This document shows positions 23,204 through 29,775 of a stretch of 29,775 nucleotides of DNA, one piece after another. Within the stretch, counting starts at the first letter, position 1; each line of letters opens with the position of its first letter. The stretch lies in IMG/VR virus record IMGVR_UViG_3300022867_000044, positions 1 to 29,775 of that record; one strand, 5' to 3'. The stretch is from a virus (taxonomy: Duplodnaviria > Caudoviricetes). The notes under the pieces were generated by a model that did no database searches, had not been told where the DNA came from, and worked only from the letters and a program-made list of their open reading frames with translations. The translations under genes were made by a program, and so were the position numbers.

Positions 23204-24732
23204 AGCATGAATCCTCTTCGTACGTTCTTAGGGTAAACGATATGTAAAGCCTGCCTGGTTCGCGTCATGGCCACGTAGTGCAACCGGTTTAGGGCATCAG
23301 GGTCGGTGTCGTACAATTTGGCAAACCGTCCTGACAGGTCCGTGATCAGTAAAACGTTGTCCGCTTCCCCGCCTTTAGCACCGTGGATCGTGGACAGTTT
23401 GATTTGAGCCTCGCTACGCAAAGCAGTCTTACGTCGCAGTAGAGCGATAATGTACTCGCGTTTGTCCTCCCCAATCTTGGTCAGTGCTTCGTGCCAGATC
23501 TTATTGGTCAAAAGACCGTGGGCCGTGGTCAGTGAGCCGTGGCTATAGAGCGCCTCTGGATCAGCCTTTGATAGCGTCTTGTGTCCCCGTGCGATATAAT
23601 CAGAACCGAGGTACTTGTAGATCTGTTTGGCCACAGTGAGAGGGATTTCTTTACCCTTTCGCAACGCTTCCCATCCCAGCACGGCGGATAGGATGCTCTC
23701 AGAAATGCTTTTTTGTCCATTGCGCTCGAACAAAAGCCCTTGCGACTTGATCCAGTCGTACAACCCGTTTAGCGTGTAGTTGGCAGCGGCCAAGATAAGC
23801 CACTGGCCTTTAGAGATGTCCACGTCTGTGGCATCATTGTAAAACAAAACATGGCCATCGTAGTCGCGGGGCTCCCAGACTTTGGGCTGTCGTTTGCGAA
23901 TGCGGCGCACGACTTGGTCGGCGAGCTTGTGGACTCGAGCGGGCACGCGGTAGGAGTGGTCAAGGACTTTGACTTCGCCAGGCAAGGCTAAAAAGCTTTG
24001 CACATCCGCCCCCGCCCAGTTGTAAATGGCTTGATCGTCGTCACCGGCAATGTATATACGTTGGCTATACATGATCAATTGCTGCACCAAATTCCACTGT
24101 AGGCGCGAGAGGTCTTGTGCTTCGTCAATGATCAGCACCTCGAGCCGTGGTAAGCGCTTCGGATCCTCGATCAAACGCTCAAGTAAATCCGTGAAGTCCA
24201 TCAGACCGTTGCTTTGTTTGTACTGTCGATAGCACCGTTCAACGTACTCTAAGTGATACCATTCGATTTCCATGTTGCTTTGGTTGTAGTACGTGCGCAG
24301 GTCTTGCCCGCGGATACGGGCGATGTTTATTTCGTTTAGCACTGGATGGTCGGTGTGGATGATGTACTCTTCTTCGCCCTTCTCAATGGCAAGTTCCAAA
24401 CCGGCTGACTTGGCAAAGTCGAGATACTGCTGCGGGGACATCAAGTCCTTATTACCGACGCCCAAGCACTTGTACGCCAAGCTGTGTAGCGTCCTAAACC
24501 ACGGGAAGTCCAAGTCTGCGTTGAGCTCAGTGAACTTCACTTGCGCGCGCTCCCGAGCCTCGGTGGCAGCTTTACGTGTGAACGAAAAGTAACCCACCTT
24601 GCTCGAGGGCACGCCTTGCGCAAGTTCCTTCTCCATGATGTTCAGAAGATACGTCGTTTTGCCAGTGCCTGGCTACGGAGGGCCGAAGACTTTAGTCGTC
24701 CTCGGCCCGATTTCCTTTTCAAGTGTGTTCAT
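23200..24732 (-). CDS. UvrD/Rep-like SF1 helicase with in-frame TAG at codon 20 (candidate recoding)
   Basis: ATG 24732 (TGATG overlap with primase) is in frame with the 23200..24636 ORF and reads ...KVFGPP*PGTGKTT. Other motifs intact: FTRKAA, TLHS, DEAQD, GDDDQAIY, SYR, STIHGAKGGE, YVAMTR. Confidence 0.85.
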
Positions 24733-26261
24733 CAGAACGGAGACTCCTCTCTTGACGTCGGTGTCTCAAACGGCGCATCCTGCTTGGCAAATTTCGGCAT
24801 ACGCCAAACACGGGTCGTGCGGCTTTTGAGGTACATGCTGACAGGATCTCCACCGACCTCACGCAAGCGCTGTGCAATCTTAGGCGCAGTCAAAGCCATG
24901 AAGTTATTGCGACGCAAGAACGTCTCAAGGTCCTTCATCCGAAAGTACACCATGCCCTCTTGGTCATCCGTCCAAGGTCTGCCCATGAGCATCTCTTCAC
25001 GGTCAAGGGCTTGCTGCATGTGCGTGGTAAATTCTTCTACCAAGTCCATGAACCGACCCGTGACGCTTGTATCCTCGGAGGCTTCAACAATCTGTTCAAG
25101 CTCCACCATCTCCCGCAAGAGTGCGTTAAGCATGGCTTCCCAGTCTTGCTTGCGCAAGGTCGGGGGCAGCATGTTAATACGCTCAACACACGTCTTTTGA
25201 AACGAGGGCTGGTTAAAGAGCGAGTCTGTTTCTAGTTCTAAGCGCTTGCCATTGATATCCAAGAACCAAAGAGGCGGCTCACTGTTGTACTTAGACAACG
25301 AACTGATCTGTGGGGCATCAGGCGCGTCTGCACCAATACCGAATTTGCGTGTACGACAAAGACCACTGTTGCAAAACGAATTCAGTGGCGCGTCCTTGCA
25401 CTTGTACTTGTACTCTTTTTTGCCCAACTGCTTTGACACAAGTTGAAGTTCTGCCACACCAAGTGGTGGGTCAAAATACTTCATGTTGTATTCCATCAGC
25501 TTGTCTTCCCACGCGGTGGGTGCGGCACGCTTTAAGTAAATGCCGACGTTAAACAAACCATTGTTGCGTGTGCCTTCAGGAAAGCCTTGTGCACACAAAG
25601 CCTGTAGGCATGGTGGACCTTCCTTTATCGCTTGCTCAGCTTGCTTAGGCTCTTCAGGAAAGTTCAACGGTGCTTGCTGTACGTACATATCGTATAGCGC
25701 GTAGAACTGCTCCAAAGTGGATGCTGTGCCGTCATCATTGATGCAATAACGCAAGCCCTGTTCCCCGCCAAAGTAGGGCAGGTTCAAGAAGTTGCCGGTG
25801 TCGCCTCGCTCAACCAAGATCTCGGATTGCTTTGGAAATATCTCTCGCCCCGATTCACCCAACTGGGCGGCGGCAGCCTTCAAGTAACGTTGCATGTCTG
25901 CGGCGGGCACAGGCTCTGCTGTAAACAAGAAAACATGGGCACCACCCGACTTGCTACGGCACACGACCATAGGCAACTTTAACGAGCGGACACGGGTAAT
26001 CAGGCCTTTAAGGTCGAGCGGATATTGATCAATGTCAATGCAACCCCAAATGCAACTATTGTCTGCACGAATTGGGATAATGCCTAAACTCGGTTCGGCG
26101 CCCTCAAGGTGCTTGACCCAGAGTTCGTCAATGGGGGGCTTGCGCACAACAACGGCTTTGCCGGCTTGCTTGCCATTGCCCTTAGCCCCTTCTATCTTGT
26201 ATGTTCCGTAAGCGATATCTAAGCCAGAAAAAATCGCTTTAAACCGTGTGATGTCGGTCAT
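24732..26261 (-). CDS. Archaeo-eukaryotic-type primase (AEP catalytic domain plus Cys-containing PriL/PriCT-like region)
   Basis: WGCIDID, RSKSGGAHVF, EIFPKQ, GNFLNLPY, PPCL..GTRNNGLF and further Cys residues. Confidence 0.8.
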   Translation of the reverse strand: MTDITRFKAIFSGLDIAYGTYKIEGAKGNGKQAGKAVVVRKPPIDELWVKHLEGAEPSLGIIPIRADNSCIWGCIDIDQYPLDLKGLITRVRSLKLPMVVCRSKSGGAHVFLFTAEPVPAADMQRYLKAAAAQLGESGREIFPKQSEILVERGDTGNFLNLPYFGGEQGLRYCINDDGTASTLEQFYALYDMYVQQAPLNFPEEPKQAEQAIKEGPPCLQALCAQGFPEGTRNNGLFNVGIYLKRAAPTAWEDKLMEYNMKYFDPPLGVAELQLVSKQLGKKEYKYKCKDAPLNSFCNSGLCRTRKFGIGADAPDAPQISSLSKYNSEPPLWFLDINGKRLELETDSLFNQPSFQKTCVERINMLPPTLRKQDWEAMLNALLREMVELEQIVEASEDTSVTGRFMDLVEEFTTHMQQALDREEMLMGRPWTDDQEGMVYFRMKDLETFLRRNNFMALTAPKIAQRLREVGGDPVSMYLKSRTTRVWRMPKFAKQDAPFETPTSREESPF

Positions 26262-26276
26262 TCTCTTTCTCGTTGT

Positions 26277-26300
26277 AAAAGTCGGGGCTTGCGCCCCGAC
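26277..26300 (-). terminator. Intrinsic terminator after the SSB-like gene
   Basis: GTCGGGGC-GCAA-GCCCCGAC followed by TTTT. Confidence 0.8.
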
Positions 26301-26307
26301 CCATGAC

Positions 26308-27099
26308 TTAGAAGGGAGTGCTGTCTGCTTGTGCTGTTGCTGCTTCGTCGTGGTGCTTTACCTTGACGTCACCACTTGACACAGATGCGGCAAATGCTTT
26401 GGCTGCTTGGTACAAGTTAACATCTTCAATTGCACCAATACGCTCGACTTCCCAACCAAACCACTTGCCCTTGTCATTAGACTCGGGCACCGTTGTTAGA
26501 CGGTAGAGTTGCGAATAGATAGGAGGGGTGTACAAGCCGTTCTTACCTTGGAGCTTAACAGACATCGCCATGCTGTTCCACTTGCGGGACTTCTTAAGCT
26601 GTGTGGACTTCATGACAATCAAAGCCGGTTGAGGAACGCCCCCAGCATCAACCACCACCACATAATGGTTTGCTGTGTTTTCAATGTAATTACCGTTATC
26701 CAAAAAGTCCTTGCTCTCGCCAACCTCACGATGCGTCTTGCTCAAAATATCGCTCGTGCTTGGGTGGATGGCGATTGGCGCACCACTGCCGGAACCTCGT
26801 GGTGCCCATTCAATGTAGACACGGTTGTAGCTACATGAAATAACGTTGATTCCTTTTTTACCGTCGTGAAGTTCGCCGGTAACCGTGTTGTAAATCATGC
26901 CAGGAAGTGCTCCCTCAACTTCTCCTACCTCAGGCGAGGTGTTGGTTAGTAACCGCAAAAACGGAAGCGCGAAGTCTTCCTGATTCATGTTGTCAAAACC
27001 AGCGTGAGCGTCTTGCTCAAAGTCTGACATGATTGCCAACGCGTTGGCGTCGTCTTGAACTGCAATATTTTTGCTCATGATCCGTGATCCTTGATTCAT
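26308..27099 (-). CDS. Putative single-stranded DNA-binding protein
   Basis: 263 aa (alternative start 27078) with an aromatic/beta-rich core and a C-terminal DSTPF tail, upstream of primase. Confidence 0.6.
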   Translation of the reverse strand: MNQGSRIMSKNIAVQDDANALAIMSDFEQDAHAGFDNMNQEDFALPFLRLLTNTSPEVGEVEGALPGMIYNTVTGELHDGKKGINVISCSYNRVYIEWAPRGSGSGAPIAIHPSTSDILSKTHREVGESKDFLDNGNYIENTANHYVVVVDAGGVPQPALIVMKSTQLKKSRKWNSMAMSVKLQGKNGLYTPPIYSQLYRLTTVPESNDKGKWFGWEVERIGAIEDVNLYQAAKAFAASVSSGDVKVKHHDEAATAQADSTPF

Positions 27100-27650
27100 T
27101 AAGATTTGATAGTTGCTTTTTGGCCGATGTACACGCCAAAGAGATCAGTTGGGAACTCGTTGCCTCGTTCCACTTGTTCACGAACCCAAGCTTTTAAGGT
27201 CATGGGTTCGATCTTCTCAGCTTGATCGGCAGGAAAGCCTTTCTCGCCAAGTAGATTCAATAGGCCATTGCAGAGCTCATCTTCACCGCGGCCAAAGCGT
27301 ACAGAGACCGTGTTCTTGATGATATCGTCAAAGCCATTTTGTCGTAGCCACGCATAAGCTTCTGCGCGACGTGCCTCAGAGATAGAGGCGCTGTAGAAGG
27401 GCTTTACATCAATGCTTGAGCCGTCTTCCATGCGGAAGGACTTCATGCCGATGCTGGCCAATGCTTCTGGGATTGTTTCTTCGGTGAGTTTACGAAACTG
27501 CTCTTTGCGTTCTTTAAAGACACGCTCAAGGTCCTCAATCTCACGTTGCAAACCCTTAGCGCGTTTGCCAAGAGCCGCGATGCCTGCGATCTGGTCGTCT
27601 TGCACTTGCATGACGCCTGCATCTTCTTCGAACATGTTAGTAATCGTCAT
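27099..27650 (-). CDS. Conserved replication-module hypothetical protein
   Basis: Coiled coil followed by AWLRQNGFDDIIKN and TLKAWVRE. AAGGAG RBS. Confidence 0.75.
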   Translation of the reverse strand: MTITNMFEEDAGVMQVQDDQIAGIAALGKRAKGLQREIEDLERVFKERKEQFRKLTEETIPEALASIGMKSFRMEDGSSIDVKPFYSASISEARRAEAYAWLRQNGFDDIIKNTVSVRFGRGEDELCNGLLNLLGEKGFPADQAEKIEPMTLKAWVREQVERGNEFPTDLFGVYIGQKATIKS

Positions 27651-27975
27651 AGTTTTCTCCTTTCTTTGAGAATAAGTCTACCTGTATTGGAATATACCGC
27701 TTGTCAAACCTGTCCCACTTTAAACACCGATACCGACCACCGTTAAGCGATGCGGCTGTTGCACACACGACACCAATTGCTGTTGGGTCGCCGATAAGCA
27801 GAAGATAATCGTCATCGCAGAATTTTTCAAGCTTTCTTTTTATGCGGCGAATTGTTGGCGCAATAGAAAAAGCAATCTGTGCGTTGGGCGGCAGAATTGT
27901 TAAGATATCACCAAACGCAAGTGCGCTTGAAATGTTGTGTTGCGCCGTCTCGGATACGACGTATACAGTAGCCAC
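27637..27975 (-). CDS. Hypothetical protein
   Basis: GTG start after AAGGAG; contains DDYLLLIGDP and LKWDR..YIPI. Confidence 0.7.
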   Translation of the reverse strand: MATVYVVSETAQHNISSALAFGDILTILPPNAQIAFSIAPTIRRIKRKLEKFCDDDYLLLIGDPTAIGVVCATAASLNGGRYRCLKWDRFDKRYIPIQVDLFSKKGENYDDY

Positions 27976-28059
27976 CTTGCTTTCTCCTTTCTAAAGATGA
28001 AACCGTAGTGTATACTTTCTTTTGTCGGGGCGCAAGTTCCCTCCAGAGAAAGAAAGAAG

Positions 28060-29571
28060 ATGACAACTGAATTTTTGGATACCTATCCATACAAGAACCC
28101 ACCCTTCCTGCATCAAAAGGCTTACCTAGAGCGGTTCTGGGAAAAGCGACTGTCCGCATTATTTGCCGACATGGGTACGGGAAAAACGTACATGGTCATT
28201 AATAATTTTGCGATGCTCTACGACCGTGGCGAGATCAATGCGGTGGTGATTGTGGCACCCAAAGGCGTGTACCGTAACTGGTCTAGGCTAGAGATCCCGA
28301 AGCACATGCCCGCGCACATTGAATACCAAATGGCGCTGTGGACACCTACGCCAACAGTGGCGCAGGACAAAGCCCTGTACGGGCTCTTTGGCATAACGGA
28401 TGACTTGAAGATTTTGGTCATGAACATCGAGGCGTTTTCAACAGAGAAGGGCACGAAGTTTGCTTCGCGTTTTTTGTCTGCGCATGACGCGTTTATGGTC
28501 ATTGACGAGAGCACGAGCATCAAGAACCCTACTGCCAAACGTTCTAAGAACGCTGTTAAAGCGGGGCGCTTGGCGCGTTATCGACGGATCATGACGGGTT
28601 CGCCTGTTACCAAGAGTCCGATGGACTTGTTTCAGCAGTGCGGGTTCTTGTCCTATGACCTGCTTGGGCACACGAGTTACTACACGTTTCAAAACCGTTA
28701 TGCGATTATTCAAGAACGTAAACTTTCGTCGCATTCTTTCCGACAGGTCCTGGGCTACAAAAAGCTAGACGAGTTGCAGGAAAAGCTCACCCAGTTCTCT
28801 TTTCGAGTGACCAAGGACGAGTGCTTGGACCTGCCGGATAAGGTCTTTTTGCGCCGCGAAGTTCGCCTGACCCATGAGCAATTGAAGTTGTACCAACAGA
28901 TGCAAAAGCAGGCCATGGCGGCCTTGGCAGGAGACATCTCAAGCACTGTCAATGCGTTAACACAAATCATGCGTTTGCAGCAGATCGTTTGTGGCCACAT
29001 CACGATGGACTCTGGTGAAGTTGTGGCGCTTGAGAACCACCGCATGGATGAGCTAATGGACGCCATCGCGGAGTCGCAAGGCAAGATTATTATTTGGGCG
29101 CACTACCGCCACGACATTGCGGCTATCCGTGTGCGACTGCAAAAGGAATACGGCATGAACGCCGTGGCCACGTACTACGGTGACACGCCTGATGAGGAAC
29201 GTCCCCTGATCGTGGAGCGGTTTCAAGACCCGAAGAGCGAGTTGCGGTTCTTTGTTGGGCAACCGCGAACAGGCGGCTATGGCTTGACGTTAACCGAAGC
29301 GCACACCATGATTTACTACTCCAACGGGTATGACCTAGAGGTGCGGTTGCAGTCGGAAGCCCGCATTGACCGTGCAGGACAGGTTAACAAAATGACTTAC
29401 ATTGATCTTGTCGCACCAAACACGGTGGATGAGAAGATTGTAGATGCGTTGATAAAAAAGATGGATATCGCCAACGAAGTAATGGGGGAGAAGGCAAAAG
29501 AATGGATCAAGCACAACAGTTTCACTGCCTACAGAGAAAAAGATACCGCTACGAGCATCTCCAGAGAATAG
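28060..29571 (+). CDS. SNF2-family SF2 helicase
   Basis: DMGTGKT, IDES, TGSP, GGYGLTLT, QSEARIDRAGQ. Confidence 0.92.
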   Translation: MTTEFLDTYPYKNPPFLHQKAYLERFWEKRLSALFADMGTGKTYMVINNFAMLYDRGEINAVVIVAPKGVYRNWSRLEIPKHMPAHIEYQMALWTPTPTVAQDKALYGLFGITDDLKILVMNIEAFSTEKGTKFASRFLSAHDAFMVIDESTSIKNPTAKRSKNAVKAGRLARYRRIMTGSPVTKSPMDLFQQCGFLSYDLLGHTSYYTFQNRYAIIQERKLSSHSFRQVLGYKKLDELQEKLTQFSFRVTKDECLDLPDKVFLRREVRLTHEQLKLYQQMQKQAMAALAGDISSTVNALTQIMRLQQIVCGHITMDSGEVVALENHRMDELMDAIAESQGKIIIWAHYRHDIAAIRVRLQKEYGMNAVATYYGDTPDEERPLIVERFQDPKSELRFFVGQPRTGGYGLTLTEAHTMIYYSNGYDLEVRLQSEARIDRAGQVNKMTYIDLVAPNTVDEKIVDALIKKMDIANEVMGEKAKEWIKHNSFTAYREKDTATSISRE

Positions 29572-29775
29572 ATGCGCCCGAGGGCCGTCGTTATGTCTAC
29601 GGGGAGCAGAAGCTGCCGAGCGTGACCAATATCCTGTCGTCTACAAAAGACCGCAAGGAGCTTGACGCGTGGGCCGCGAGGGTTGGACCAGAGAACGCGG
29701 AGCGTATTAAGAACGAGGCGGCCACTGTTGGCACCCACATGCACAATGTTATTGAGCGAATGCTCGCGTACCGCG
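29502..29775 (+). CDS. PD-(D/E)XK exonuclease (MGME1/Cas4-like), 5' part, runs off the window
   Basis: Manual translation ...GRRYVYGEQKLPSVTNILS..LDAWAARVGPENAERIKNEAATVGTHMHNVIE. Overlaps the helicase end by 70 nt. Confidence 0.75.
   Translation, partial: MDQAQQFHCLQRKRYRYEHLQRIDAPEGRRYVYGEQKLPSVTNILSSTKDRKELDAWAARVGPENAERIKNEAATVGTHMHNVIERMLAYR

Noticed and set aside
24673-24675. Genome-wide TAG reassignment (genetic code 15) as the explanation for the helicase stop
   Set aside because: TAG ends the portal, scaffold and SNF2 genes at sensible positions, other long genes have no internal TAG, and decoding TAG as an amino acid would leave a 2-residue insertion in the P-loop.
1-29775. tRNA, rRNA, integrase, lysis genes, RNA polymerase
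   Set aside because: None recognised by eye in this window. tRNAscan/Infernal were not run, so small RNAs cannot be excluded.

Overview
A 29.8 kb piece of a tailed dsDNA phage genome with no host genes. The gene set and order are podovirus-like and resemble the HTVC023P-type/uncultured aquatic phages with a family-A polymerase; this is recognised from memory, not from a search. Left, minus strand: head and packaging module (major capsid 5' end, decoration-like protein, scaffold, GroES-like co-chaperonin, portal, TerL with a class 3 LAGLIDADG intein). At 9.0-9.85 kb: a non-coding, near-symmetric repeat block bounded by two chromosomal-type parS sites and also carrying Fur-like and OxyR/LysR-like boxes, probably the genome-end/packaging junction. 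At 9.86-12.85 kb: an AT-richer plus-strand cluster of small early-type genes with a shared leader. Then a resolvase-like nuclease, TerS, an iteron-rich candidate origin (14.2-14.8 kb), a C5 methyltransferase with a nested out-of-frame partner ORF, and many small ORFs. Right: the replication module (Leu762-type PolA, UvrD-like helicase, AEP primase, SSB-like protein, SNF2 helicase, PD-(D/E)XK exonuclease). Top observation: the UvrD-like helicase has an in-frame CCG-TAG-CCA inside its Walker A motif, directly after an 11-bp mRNA hairpin. A ribosomal hop from CCG to CCA would restore GPPGTGKT exactly, making it a candidate programmed translational bypass.
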